Assembly: GCA_964016885.1 (NCBI GenBank)
Contig: OZ024744.1
Location: 63,922,001-63,986,000, forward strand
DNA: 64,000 nucleotides
Reading direction: 5' to 3'
DNA from: Eledone cirrhosa
Taxonomy: Eukaryota
Made by a program: the position numbers and the translations under genes. Positions 49,636 through 62,459 of this stretch are shown piece by piece. Position 1 is the stretch's first letter, and each line of letters begins with the position of its first letter. Below the pieces are notes generated by a model that worked only from the letters and a program-made list of their open reading frames with translations, was not told the origin of the DNA and searched no databases.

Positions 49636-50510
49636 CTATATTAAAATAAAAGAAATCACTCATTATCATTATTGCTGTTGTTTTTATGTCTGCTTCTTCC
49701 ATCCTTACACAAAGATACCACTCTTCATTTGTTCATAACCTTCCCTAATCACACATCATCCTTTTGAAAAAAAACAAAAAACCCAGGTAATCAGTTTAAC
49801 ATCATTCTCTGACACTTCCCAGCCTCTGGCCCACAGATGTGCTGTCTATTCCCCCTCTGTCTCATCTACCATTACAACAATGGTCTCTGTTCCTCCTTAC
49901 TGGTCTCATGCAATCTCCAATTAGGCAATACCAACATACATGTTTCTCCTCCTTCTACGATCTATGTGCTGTCCAACTATTCTCAGTGACTCTAGTAGGG
50001 ATGTAAACATGTTTAAAGTGACCCTTTAACTCTTTAGCATTTAAACTGGGCCATATCCAGCCAGAATTCCTTCACCTTTTTCTGTTCAGCTGATGATAAG
50101 GCATTGTTCTCAAAATAAATAATATCAAAATCTCATAGATTCAATATTATATGAAGTAAAGTCTTACCATGAAAAAACAAACGTATATATAAAGTAATGT
50201 AAATGCTAAAGGGTTATGTCATTACAGGAAAGGAAGTATCTTTAGGTGAGAGAGAGATTATACATAGGCACCGTGCCCACTCTGTAAAGTGGTAGTGCTG
50301 GTGCCACAACAAAAAGCACTCAGTCTATCCTGTTATGTGGTAGTGACAGAGTCATGATAAAATGCTCCTAGCACCAACCACTGTAAAGTGGTTGGTGCTA
50401 GGAAAGGCATCCAAGCCAAAAACAAAGCTTACGAGCAAGATATCGTCATCTGGCCAATCTAGCCTCAGTACATGACAACCTGGAAAACAAGCATGGAAAA
50501 TAGACATTAA

Positions 50511-50727
50511 CCCTTTACCATTTACATTACTCTATATATACTATTGTTTTTACGGTAAACACTTTATTTCACATAATTATAACACATAATATTGGATCTA
50601 CAAGATTTTGATATTATTTATTTTGAGAACAATACTTTAACATAAGTATGAGTGGTCGGTTATGGCTGGTTTGAATAGAAAGAGGTGAGAATTCTAGCCA
50701 GATATGGTTGGTTTAAATGCTAAAGGG
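50511..50727. mobile_element. piggyBac-type MITE with TTAA TSD
   Basis: TTAA|CCCTTTA...TAAAGGG|TTAA. An opposite-orientation copy lies at about 50030-50213. Confidence 0.8.
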
Positions 50728-50905
50728 TTAAATGGTGATAATTTGCCAGAAATATATGAATTTATCAGATAGGAAATCTTATTAGGTATTAGAAAATTAA
50801 GAAGTCCCAAAACAGTATACATACAAACATAATGAGTTTAATAATTATAGTCCAAAGTACTTAACTAAACTAATTATTCTTCAAAAGAAATCATTTTTTA
50901 CTTAC

Positions 50906-51027
50906 ACCATATAACAATGCACCGAGTCGTGATCCAATGTCAAGCACGGTTTTACCAGTAATATCAGGTAACAAAAAGTCAAATATATATCTGATTTGTG
51001 CTGTTGATGCTGAGTGAGTAACCAGTG
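50906..51027 (-). CDS. methyltransferase-like gene, exon 4 (SAM-binding motif I)
   Basis: (T)LVTHSASTAQIRYIFDFLLPDITGKTVLDIGSRLGALLYG, donor GTAAGT. Confidence 0.92.
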
Positions 51028-51593
51028 CTAATCAGGAAATAAAAGAAGGTTGCTTATTAAAAATTTAATACGGAAATTTTGTTGTCTTGTTAAAAATTTT
51101 CAAAATGATTACTTAAAAAGGATAACTTTTTTTTTTTTACTATTTTTACTTTCTTATATCCATTTTTCCTCATTTGCATTGAAATACTTAGACTTAGGAG
51201 TTCCCACATCTTGAAATGCATGAGAAAGCCAGGCCAATCCATCCTTTCCTATTACCAGACCTTACCATTTCTTGTTCACCAGTCGTAGATCTTGCACAAT
51301 GCTTTGATTCATTTTAGGTTTTCTTTGCTTTATTTTGCTTCCCACAATCTAGCACAAATTTGGTTGGCTGGTTCTGTGTGTGGCAGTCTAATCCAGCACA
51401 GCTAAGGCATCTTTTGAGGATTTTTTATGATAATGGCTGCTGACCTGTTCGTTCCCTGATTTCTTTATGTGCATTGACAGGATAGTTTATTTGTGAGAGA
51501 AGTACGCAGGCTGGTTTGTTTACTCCGGAGTAATGTAAAATAATTAAGTCAAATATGTAAAATTTGGCTTCGTTTATTATAAATTATAGATGT

Positions 51594-51648
51594 ACTGCTA
51601 TATATATTTCGGTGACAGCCATCATTGGCTGTGACCTCTTCAGGCAGT
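51594..51648 (-). ncRNA. minimal type I hammerhead ribozyme (Penelope-type)
   Basis: Minus strand reads ACTGC-CTGAAGA-[GGTCACAGCCA ATGA TGGCTGTCACC]-GAAA-TATATA-TA-GCAGT: 5-bp stem I, intact core, stem II with 10/11 pairs, palindromic stem III. Confidence 0.8.
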
Positions 51649-51867
51649 CCGAATTGGTGTGGGAAAGACAGGTACACATGTTGTTGAAGTATGTTTTACT
51701 CCGTCAGTACATCGATATGTCCAGCTCCTGGTTGTGTTGTTATTTCTCTGAGGAACTGGAATCATATGAGTCAGAACAAACGAATTTTGGTGTCATAGGA
51801 CACACTCGCATCCCATTGGTCAGTTGCATTCTCCCTCACCATAAGCAAAAATATAACAATTACTCAC

Positions 51868-52009
51868 TTAAAGGTTTAATATTCCTGGAAAAACATTCTT
51901 CACAGTAATGCATGCTTATTTTTCCATCTTCATCTAAAGAATTTATATCTTCCTCATCATAAAGAAAGGCATCAATATATGCAGTTGTCTGTGATGTACA
52001 ATCAGCATT
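51868..52009 (-). CDS. methyltransferase-like gene, exon 3
   Basis: Acceptor TTTATAG, NADCTSQTTAYIDAFLYDEEDINSLDEDGKISMHYCEECFSRNIKPL, donor GTGAGT. Confidence 0.9.
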
Positions 52010-52264
52010 CTATAAATAAAATTACACAGATACCATTCTATATATAAATAAAATTATACAGAGAGCATCCTATATATAAAGTTATACAGTCAACATTCTA
52101 TATCGGGATCCAGCCAGATCAATTGGAAACGATTGTTTCTGGAGGATGAGGTAGAGTCCAGGGGGGGGGAGGAGGAGGAAGAAGAAGGAGAAGCATTCTA
52201 TATACAAAATTATAGTCAGTATTCTATCTATATATAAATTTCAGTGACTTCTGTCCACCACACA

Positions 52265-52308
<44 letters not shown>

Positions 52309-52799
52309 GGAAGGAAAGGGATGGTGAAAAAACTATAGCAAAACAGTAGCGGGCGTTTCATTTGCTAAGCTGTGTGTGAGTGTATATATATATGTGTGTT
52401 TGTGTGAATGAATGTGTTTGTGTGAATGTATGTGTGTGAATATATGTGTGTTTGTGTCAATGAATATCTGTGAGTGTGTATTTCTGTAAGTGTGTGTGTT
52501 TGCATGTTTATATTTATATACTCATACATATAAATGTATGCATATGCACATACACACAAATACACATATGCGTAAGTGTGTTGAAAAAAATCCTAGTATA
52601 TAAAATTATAGTCTGCATACTCTACATCAAATTATACAGTCAGCATTCTAGATATATATATATATAAAGTTATACAGTCACCATACTTCAACATGTGTTA
52701 CTGCTACTTTATTTTATGGAACTTGTAAGAATGAAAGACAAAGCTAACTTCAGCACGATTTGAACACAGAACATTTCATCCTTCTTGGGTCGATAAAAT

Positions 52800-53565
52800 A
52801 AAATTGCTGGCCTTGTGCCTAAATTAAAAATCATGATGACAATAATAATATAATTGTTTCTACTTTTGGCACAAGGCCAGTAATTACCCCAGTGCATTAC
52901 TGGTACTTTATTTTATAGACCCCGTAGGGATGAAAGGCAAAGTTAACCTCGGCGGGATTTGAACTCAGACCATAAAGTGCCGTAACTCTTTGCTGCAAAG
53001 CATGGCAATGATTTCTACTTTAGGCACAAGGCCAGCAATTTTGGGAGAGGGGGGAAAGTCAATTAAATCGACCCCAATACATTACTGGTGCTTTATTTAT
53101 CGACCCTGTAAGGATGAAAGGTAAATTTAACCTTGGCGGGATTTGAACTCTGTGCCGTAAAGCATGTTGTCCAACGCTCTACTGATACTGCTAATCCACC
53201 ACCCTATTATTATTATTATCCAAGATTAGGATAATAATTGTTTCTACGTTAGGCACAAGGCCAGCAATTACCCAGTGCATTACTGGTACTTTATTTTATC
53301 GACCCCGTAAGGATGAAAGGCAAAGTTAACCTTGGCGGGATTTGAACTCAGAATGGCAAGGGCCGTAACTCTATGCGTCAAAGCATGGCGTCTGACCCTC
53401 TACCAATACTGCCAAATATAACAAATAGTAATAATTGTTTCTACTTTTGGCACAAGGTCACCAATTACCCAGTGCATTACTGGTACTTTATTTTATTAAC
53501 CCCGTAAGGATGAAAGGCAAAGTTAACCTTGGCAGGATTTGAACTCAGAATGGCAAGGGCCGTAA
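52800..53565 (-). mobile_element. tandem array of Meta-like SINEs in intron 2
   Basis: At least 4 head-to-tail copies, mostly with TAA-run junctions. Confidence 0.8.
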
Positions 53566-53587
53566 TAATGATAACAAAAACACTTAC

Positions 53588-53712
53588 AGGACCCACTTCA
53601 GGGGGGATTATATTTTCAGAAGGAATCATGCCATTAACAGGAATAATTTTTCGCAGATCTTCTCGAATGCTGTCCAAAATGACCATTGAATTATTGTGCT
53701 GGTTGTAAACAT
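53588..53712 (-). CDS. methyltransferase-like gene, exon 2
   Basis: Acceptor TTTTCTAG (phase 1), VYNQHNNSMVILDSIREDLRKIIPVNGMIPSENIIPPEVGP, donor GTAAGT. Confidence 0.88.
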
Positions 53713-53992
53713 CTAGAAAATGTTAAAAAATACAAATTTCTGATAAGCAATAATCAGAAGTTATAAAACTTCCCCTCCTGTCCTACTCCACACAGATCCC
53801 ACCATTGTTTGCAGCACTTTTGACATATCTGTCCATTCATCAGCAATCCATGCAAATATGAAATATTCACATTTATCAAGAATTAACTATAATTTTTAAC
53901 AAAAATACTCAAGAATTAATACTTGTTTTGCTCCAGTTCAGTCCTGATCTAGGAGACTGATGATATAACCAGTCTTAAAATCAAATTGTTAA

Positions 53993-54191
53993 CCCATTAA
54001 CATTTAAAACGGCCATATCCAGCCAGAATTCTCTCACCTATTTCTGTTCAAACTGGTTGTAACTATCCACTCATACTGATGCTAAGGTATTGTTCTCAAA
54101 ATAAATAATATCAAAATCTCATAGATTTGATACTATGAGAAATAATTATGTGAAAATACAATAAATATAGAGTAATGTAAATGTTAAAGGG
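53993..54191. mobile_element. piggyBac-type MITE
   Basis: TTAA|CCC...AAAGGG|TTAA. Confidence 0.75.
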
Positions 54192-54339
54192 TTAAAGATG
54201 GCAAGGTTGTGATTTGAAGCAGACTTGGCTGCTATTTCTAGATCAAGAAATATAATATTCTTAAATTTTTTTTTTAACATTATTAGTCTTTATGTAAAGA
54301 TCATAAAAGAGTAAATAAAAGAAAAAGAGAGGTTATGTC

Positions 54340-54835
54340 TTAATCCGTATGGTGAGCAAATGGGCTCCCACGTGCTGGCCTCCCCTCAGCCCCAGCGGAC
54401 AGAATAGAGAAGGCGTTTCCCCAGAGGATGGTAAGAGAGATGCGCTGGAAGAGCCATTCCAACTCATGAGGCTCACACCTGCGGCTGGCCAACTCAGCGC
54501 CTATGGTGGTGAATAGGGAGGTAGCCCTAGGGCCAAGGACACCAGAAGTCTCCACAGCCAAGGGCACGACCGTGAACCTGTCAGAGAGCGACAGGTACTT
54601 GGAGAGTTTGGCCTCCTCAGCCCGACGTGCAGCAGAACCTGGGTCAGTCGCAGACTGCACCAGGTTGCGGCTGGAAAAAGTGTCGCTGCAAGTGGCATCC
54701 CAGACGAGGGGTTTGCCATCTGGCCTTTTGCCGTCCCCTCGATCCAGCCCCACTGGCTCAAGCTGGGAGGGTAAGCCTGCAGTGACCTTGTTGAGGGCAG
54801 CATGGCGTGGAAGGCGGCCGGCTGTGGTAAAACAG
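54340..54835 (-). mobile_element. CRE-clade non-LTR element, RLE 3' fragment
   Basis: LEPVGLDRGDGKRPDG...LVWDATC...KLSKY...PLAVETSG...FQRISLTILWGNA. A related fragment lies at about 62080-62250 (+). Confidence 0.8.
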
Positions 54836-57800
54836 CAGCTAACATAGACCAATCCTAGCAGATTTATGATCATTACAGTCAGGACCATCTTCAGGAGCAA
54901 TAAATAGGAAAGGAAAGGGAAGGGCACTTAACTCCTGATAAAGTCAACAGGATGTTTTGGGCCTTTCAACCGGCCAGAATTATCTCACCTCTCTCTGTTC
55001 AAACTGGCTGTAACCAGCCAGAGCTCTCTTACCTCTTTCTGTTCAAACTGGCAATAACTAGCCTTATGTTAAGGTATTGTTCTCAAAATAAATTATATCA
55101 AAATCTCATAGGTTCGATATTATGTAAAATAAAGCTTTTACTGCAAAAATACAATAGTATATATAGAGTAATTTGAATGCTAAAGGGTTAAACCTGACAG
55201 ACTCCTCCCTCTTCTGATCTGAACACAGCTGATCTCTTCCAGTGAAGGAGAGAAAATGAGAGAAGTTGATAAACACAGATATAGAGGAAAGACAGACACA
55301 AGTACTGAACTCGTATTTTGTTTATTGACCTTGAAAGGATATAAGACAAAGTTGACCTCTGTGGGATTTGAACTGAGAGCACAGAGAGCCAGAACAAATA
55401 CTGAGAAATTGAATCTGCCGTCCTAAAAACTCTGCCAATTCATTGCAATATGCACTAAAAGCACATATTAAATAGATTCCCTCAAATGCCTGGATGGCTC
55501 TGTAGTTGTTGACAGATTTTTTTTTTACTTAGATGATATAATTAACAGTGGAGGAGGGTGTTCTAAAAGTATGGTAACTAGTGTGAGAACGGGATGGAAA
55601 AAGTTCAGGGAGTTTTACCTTTGTTGGCAACAAAGAGTTTCTCTCTCAGAGTGAAGTGTCATCTATATGATGCTTGTGTGTGAACTGCAATGCTGTGCAT
55701 AGCAGTGAAACATGAGCCTTGACTGCAGAGAATTTGCAAAAACTAGAAAGAAATTAAGTGGGTATGCTTCAGTAGATGTGTTAGGGAGTGTGCATGAACA
55801 CTGCAACATAAAAGGACTTGGAGAAAAGCTGGATATAAGAGGAATCAGATGTAATACACAGGAGAGAAGATTGTAGAGGCACAGGTATCTGATGCTTATG
55901 GAAGATGACAGCTGTATAAAGAAATCAAAGTGGAGACAACTTGTGAAAGAAGTAGACCAAGGAAGCTGATGTCAGGATGTGAAACCTAACAGAAATGAGA
56001 AAGGAACACAATGATTGGCAACTTGTGATGCTAGAGATAACCTCTTCCCTTCACTAGAGTTTGTGAGAGATTCAATAAACCCTTATTAATTTAACCATCC
56101 CTTCATTGCCCTCTCAGCTACAATTTTTGCCCCCATCTTACCTACCACATCATACCAAAACCATGTGGTGGAATGTGACATTTGACACCCTCCACCATCA
56201 CTCTTTACTGTTATCTCATCATCCCTGTCCCACTTTCTCCTTTATAAATCCTCCTGTTTTCCTCACATCACTCTCATATATCCCATCACCTCTGCATTAG
56301 AACAAGGCTACATTCAACTAGAGTTGGTGGCACTATAAAATATACTTGGTATATTCTGTGTAATTGTAAACATTTAGCTGGTAACATCATAGGGCAGGGT
56401 GGGTCTTTTAATCAAACACCTGACAATCTCCCTAGTGCTGGTACCATGATAAAATATACCCAGTACACCCTATAAAGTTAGTGTTAGGAAAGGCACCCAG
56501 CTATAGAAAACATGTGAAACAAAGGGTTGAGAGGACTAGTTAGTCATGTCATGGACACAACCTCCCTAGTGCTGGAGACATGATAAAATGTACCCAGTAC
56601 ACCCTATCAAGTAGTTAGTGTTAAGAAAGGTACCCAGCTATAGAAAATATATCAGAGGGTTCAGAGGACGCGTCAGTCACGGCATGGACACAACAACCTC
56701 ACTAGTGTTAGTACCATCATAAAAAGCACTCAGTACACTCTGTAAAGCAGTTATTAGGAAATGACTTGGGCTAATCTGAAAATTCTGAATTTCAGACATG
56801 ATGAAGGAAGGCTGTGCTATAGAAGACTCGTCCAACTCAAATAGGCATGGAAAAATAGACCTTAAATGAATGTGATGATTATTATAAGTCTCCGTTTAAA
56901 ATTGTTCTTATTTAGGGCTTAAAAAGTATGGTTTGCCTACGTATTCAGAATGCAAACTTAACTATGCGGCTACAGGTCAGCTTCCCAGGTGGCCGGTTTG
57001 AGAATGTAAAAGCAACTCCGTTGAAAAGAGCAATAAATTTGGATGATTTTTACACAGGCACACACAACAATCCATTCATATATACACATCACATACAGTA
57101 TACACATTACTTTCGTGATTTTAGTTAGTCCCAAAACTTGGCAAGGCTGTATTTCGTAGGTTAGTCCCATGTTGTCATCATTGAATTATTACTTTAATCA
57201 TCAGTTGAGTATTTTGCTAGAACCTTTGAATTTTTTGGGGGGGAGGTATTAAGTTTTATTTTTTCTTATTTGTTAAAGATCCAAAAGTTACGCTGCATTA
57301 TTTATATTTCCGGTTCTCCAAGTTCAAACCCCGCCGAGGTCCACTTTGCACTTTACCTTTTCGGGATCGATAAAAAAAAGCATTAATCCAAGACTGGATT
57401 TATTATTAGAACTTGAGGCGGTGATTCAGAATAAGCACAGCATTTAGCCCGTTATAACTTTTTTCTGAGGAGATTACGATGTTTCAAATTTATTCTGAAC
57501 CTCTGTCGATAATTGTTTTGGTTCTTTGCTTTCGAAGTTATTGATCTATCACCCGATTTACCTCGTCTTTAGGTAACTTCAATGGAATTCACTCTGTTGA
57601 AAGCATTTGAACAAGGTCGCTAGTTTGAGGACTCCCTCCTATTAGTCTCGGGCCTTGAAAAAATACGGGGTCATGATTACTGCTTTCCCTCTTACATGAT
57701 TAAACGGTTATATTATATATATATATGTGTGTGTGTATCTGTGGATAGGAGTTTTTGCGTTTATTTATCTTCTCAGTTCAAATCCCGCCGAGGTTAATTT

Positions 57801-57955
57801 TGCCTTTCATCCTTACGGGGTCGATAAAATAAAGTACCAGTAATGCACTGGAAAATATTGCTGGCCTTGTGCCATAAGTAGAAACAATTATTATGAAGTA
57901 ACTGAATTTCAATAATTTGTTTGCCTACAATAAGATGATTTCATGCATTCTTTAC

Positions 57956-58070
57956 CTTTTCCAACCTCTTCGACGTGATCTTCTATCCATGATATAAAAT
58001 CACCTACGTATGTTTTATCTATTTTCAGCAGGAGTGACTTGAATTCTTCAGTGGCTTCTTTTAAGTTCAT
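57956..58070 (-). CDS. methyltransferase-like gene, exon 1 (start)
   Basis: ATG at 58070, MNLKEATEEFKSLLLKIDKTYVGDFISWIEDHVEEVGK, phase-1 donor GTAAAG. The nine exons total 945 nt = 314 aa + stop. Confidence 0.85.
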
Positions 58071-58080
58071 ATTTCCGAAA

Positions 58081-58160
58081 CACGTGCCCTATTAAGCCAA
58101 AACATATGATTACTTGTTCCACTTCCGGTTTATTAGACATCACCGTTTACGCATGCCTAC
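58081..58160 (-). promoter_or_regulatory. probable housekeeping-type promoter region of the methyltransferase gene
   Basis: ETS/GABP motif CCGGAAGTG (minus, 58120-58128), E-box CACGTG (58081-58086) and a partial NRF1-like CGCATGC within 90 bp upstream of the ATG. Confidence 0.45.
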
Positions 58161-59145
58161 AACTGTAAGAAAACTTCTGCAAAGTTTTTATCTTTTGCCA
58201 GTGGAAATCATGTCGAGAATGGATAATATAAGTGTCAGTCGTCTATTAGAATTAGCAAGAGCGTCAAACAAAATCTTCTGAGATGATTAGATGCGTTCTG
58301 AGTTCAAATAATACTGAGATTGATTTTTGCCTTTTATTCCTCTTTGGGTCATTAAAAGTAAAGTACTAGGTTCGATTTATGCCAGAGGTTCTCAAACATT
58401 TTGGGCCACCTTCCGCCAACCCTATTTCCAGAGAGACCTGCCTATACACAAATTGAAAATAATATATGATAAATAAAATTGTTAATTTATATATAATAAA
58501 TAATATAATGTATAAATAAATAAATATTTTTATTTTATTTTACTATATTTATACATATCATTTGATATTTAATATACTATTATATCATCTCTACCGCCCC
58601 ACTTAGCGCCCATGGACCTTCTCAATGCATGGATGATAATGGAATTATAATGATTCCTAATTTAGGCACAAGACCAGCAATTTGCAGGGAGGAGAAAGTC
58701 AATGATACTGACTATTAGACTGGTACTTTATTTTATCGACCTTGAAAAGATGAAAGGCAAAGTTGATCTCAATGGGATTTGACCTCAGAACCTAGAGAGT
58801 CGTAACAAATACTTCTAAGCGTTTTCCCGAAGATGTAATGACTGCCAATCCACCACTAAACATGTGTCTGTAAAATCAGAGCTGCGATCTCTCAATTCGG
58901 AGCTCTCCCTGGAGGACCCCATTCTGGGACTCACTCAGGCACACACTCGAAATTGCACACGCTCATGTCATAGCATAAACCTCAATCCAGTCACGACTTT
59001 CCCGACTCACTGGGAAAGCATCATACAAATTACACATCGAGAGCAACCCCGCACGTCAAGCCATACCTACCTTAACTTCACATACACCTAGATCGTTCGA
59101 TCTTTAGCTTTCGCACTAGAAGGGAGGTACTGAAACAGAATTCTG

Positions 59146-60665
59146 GGCACTACAACGTTATTAGCTGTCAGTTCAAGCAGCCGATGGAAACAGGCGAAGG
59201 TGATGTCACTCGTCAAACATCGTTTATTTCCGTATTACTACCACGCGTAGGTGGAGTTTTCACGCGTTTTTTTTTTTGAGAGAGAGAGAGAGAGGGGGAG
59301 AGGGGAAGAGAGAGAGAGGGAAGACTTAAAAGGGCCAAATTAGAAAACAAATAGAAAAAACAAATAGAAAACAAGTCATGGTTATAAAGCATATCGATGT
59401 AAGTGGATACTTAAATGAAAATATAGGTGGCCCTTTAAAGGGCCAAATTAGAAAACAAATTTAAGTTAATTAGAAAACAAGTCATGGTTATCAATGTAGA
59501 AAACAAGTCATTCATAAATTTAAGTTTTATAATCAAATTTTTTAGAAAACAAGTCATAAATTTAAGTTTTATAATCAAATTTTTTCTTAGGTGGCCCTTA
59601 AAAGAGCCAAATTAGAAAACAAGTCATGGTTATCAAATAAATTTGATTTATTAATTTATATTTTCATTATTCACCAACCTTATTCAAAAGCATGTTCAGA
59701 AACATTTTTTTCACCAACGTTATTCAAATGCATGGAATAAGATGACGGATATGTTCTAATAACTTTTGGAAAATTTCTCCTTTAAATTCATACCGCCACA
59801 CGAATTCAATGAGATGGGTTTGAAGCAAATTTCTGGCTGTCCCGTTTTCCCTTTTATTCCTATTTTTTACGTGTTTCCACAAGCATTCTATGTGATTCGT
59901 TGTGGTAAATGTTACTGGATCAACAAAATTGATCGAATGGTTCACCGTCAAATGTTGATAGCCTAGCTGATCGATCGTATTATAGGAACGCCATAGATCA
60001 GATATTATGGTTGTCCCTGGCAATACGATCCTGTATAATGGTTAAAAGTGTCTCCGCTGTCCTGTCTTCTACTGCTACTAAAATACATCTTCTGGTACCT
60101 CTTTCCAAAGTACCAAAAACCCACTGTGTTTTCTCAGAATGGCCACGATGGTATTTCCTTCTCACGAATGCGCTTTCATCAATCTCGACAATTCGGTTTG
60201 GCCCGCCAAGCTTAATGTTTTGTACCACATAGTACTCTGCACATACATCACGGCGAAAATTTCGCCAATCTGCTACGGCCACATTCGCGATACGACATTC
60301 CTCTGAAATCTTCTTGGCTAAATCTTCTTTTGCCCTAAAATATAATATATCAACTATTTGTTCACACTTCAAATTGCTATTTTCTAAAAATGTGCCTTTT
60401 CTAATAGAAACCTGTTTTCTACATGGTCTTTTACATGACCAGATAATCCCATCTGACACATTTTGTTTCGCTACTTCCAACATACGTTGACCACATGAAG
60501 GGCAGACCTTTTGTGTATTCAGAAGTCCTTGAATTTTCAACCAATTGACGGTATCTGCTGTAGTAGCGGTAGCGATGGTTAATTCCCTTAACACTTGGAT
60601 ATATTATAGAACTCATTTTTCAACTTGCAGAAGCGTGTATTATCACAAAGTGAAGATTAAAGTTT
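59146..60665 (-). mobile_element. Merlin (IS1595/ISXO2-like) DNA transposon, one TIR + frameshifted transposase
   Basis: TIR starts GGCACTACAACG at 59146. The transposase at 59724-60616 has a Zn ribbon (CPSC...WSC), VEIDES, KYHRGH, WVFG, IISDLWRSY, VNHS and TNHIE, with two frameshifts. Confidence 0.88.
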
Positions 60666-60667
60666 AT

Positions 60668-62002
60668 TTATTTACACGTGGTGTTAATAGGACCATCCTT
60701 AAATACCGGGCGAGTGATGTCTAGATATTTCTGGAGAATTCCGTTGTACCGCGAAGGCTCTGACGGGCAAATTACAGGGCTCACTGTGGATTGCGTCGTA
60801 AATATACCTCTCACAGTGAGGTTTGTGGTGGTGTCAATAAGCCTCCGGTTCTTCATATCCACCAGAAGGTTGAAGTGGTGGAGAAAATCGGCTCCTAGGA
60901 TCGGGGTCGGCAGGTCTGCCACGACGAACACCCATTGAAAACGCCGCCTCAGGCCTAAATTGAGGGTCAGGGATTTTCCCCCGAAAGTGGGAATTGACGA
61001 TCGGTTCACTGCCTGCAGAAAGGACGGGGTTGGGTGTCTTTTGCCCGAGATTAATGAAACAGGAATAACACTAACCTGGGCTCCTGTATCCACGAGGTAA
61101 CGGATGCCTGTCGCCTGGTCGTTAATAAAAAATAGACAACTTTTCTTTTCAGTACCAGGGGTGAACGTCGTCGCCAGGCCCTGGGTGGCATTCCGGAAAG
61201 AGCACGGGGCTTTGCACTTAGATGCCTGTGCGCCGAAATTTGTGATACCAGCAGAGGTTGCCAGGCACACGATTTTGACTGGGACTACTGGATCTTCGAC
61301 TGTCAAAAGGCCTGGATCGATTGTTGCTGCGTCGCCGGTGTGTTTGAAAGGTCAGGTTCGCTACTTGATTTGAGAGGGCTTTAATTTGACCAGCCCGCTC
61401 TCTGATCATAGCCTGCAGCTCTGAAATCTCGACCTCTGTCGTTGGTTGCATGTCCATATTGGTATTTTCTTAGGTGCTGTCTGGTTGCACGTTCGGGTCA
61501 CCAATTGTAGCGACGTGGTTAGTCAGTCTAGTCACTACTTCTGATCAGATCCGAGAATAGCCTTTAGAAGGACTCTTATCGCATACGGTCTGATCAGATC
61601 TGAAGATAGCCCTTAAAAGGACTGTTGTCGCATATAGCCCTTAAAACAACTGTTGAGGATGGACAGACGAAAGCACAAGTTGAAAGGACGAAGCAAGGCG
61701 AGATGTAAATTCGATCAGCTATTTATTTTCACATGAAGCGACGATACGAGGTACAAGGCGTGTGAGTGACAAAGCGTGGCAGAGTAAAGGAACAACGATG
61801 CGCTTGCTGACTCTGCCAAAAGTCGACTGCTGAAGTGTTTGGAACCACTCTATTTATACAGAAACAATCGTTTGATGTTTAGCCAGTGTGTAGGCGTTTA
61901 TTCTGGTAGCTTTTAAGGGTTCTTTTGTTTCATGTTGCGGTAGCTAGCTAACAGGTAGATGGCGCTGTATATTTCACAGATGTTATTTCCAGTGGCTGTA
62001 CA
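60668..62002 (-). mobile_element. CsRn1-type Gypsy element: 5' LTR, tRNA-Trp PBS, deleted gag, protease; 3'-truncated
   Basis: LTR at 61506-62002, PBS TGGTGACCCGAACGTG (61488-61503), CHCC knuckle (CWYH..FGAQASKCKAPC across a frameshift) and protease LVDTGAQVSVIP. Confidence 0.88.
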
Positions 62003-62459
62003 CATATATACCGCTTGACCTGTGACCCCAGGCACTTGACAGACGAAATAGGGCAAACTGTCCAAGTATCTGCCGCTCGTGGATAGGTTTTAATTAAATC
62101 CCCGGTCTACATCTCTACTTACTGCTATCGGAGCGGAGTTGGCCGCTCGCAGGTGCGAGTCACGCGAGGAGCGGCTGTTCCACCGCGTCCCACGCCGTCC
62201 TCCGAGGCAGTGCATTCTCCACCCTGTTGGCCGGGACCAAGCGGTGGAGGGTAAGTTAGTTGCTAGTGGAGGACACTCGTCCGGACGTCACTTTCACACA
62301 TGTATTAAGTGCTTTTTTTAATCAATTCATTTCATATATTAACTGTAAACAACTACAGTAATTGTTAAGCATTTAACTAAATTACAAGTTTACAGATGGT
62401 TTAAAGGGAGGTAACTCTATGTTACTAATAATGATGAAATTCATCGGGGTAGAATTGTC

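Noticed and set aside
51262-51540. Possible additional exon of the methyltransferase gene
   Set aside because: It contains stops and resembles a decayed RTE C-terminus. Exons 3 and 4 already join in phase.
59724-60616. Bacterial IS1595 contamination or horizontal transfer
   Set aside because: Eukaryotic Merlin elements are IS1016/IS1595-related. It is embedded among eukaryotic repeats and has a local non-autonomous derivative.
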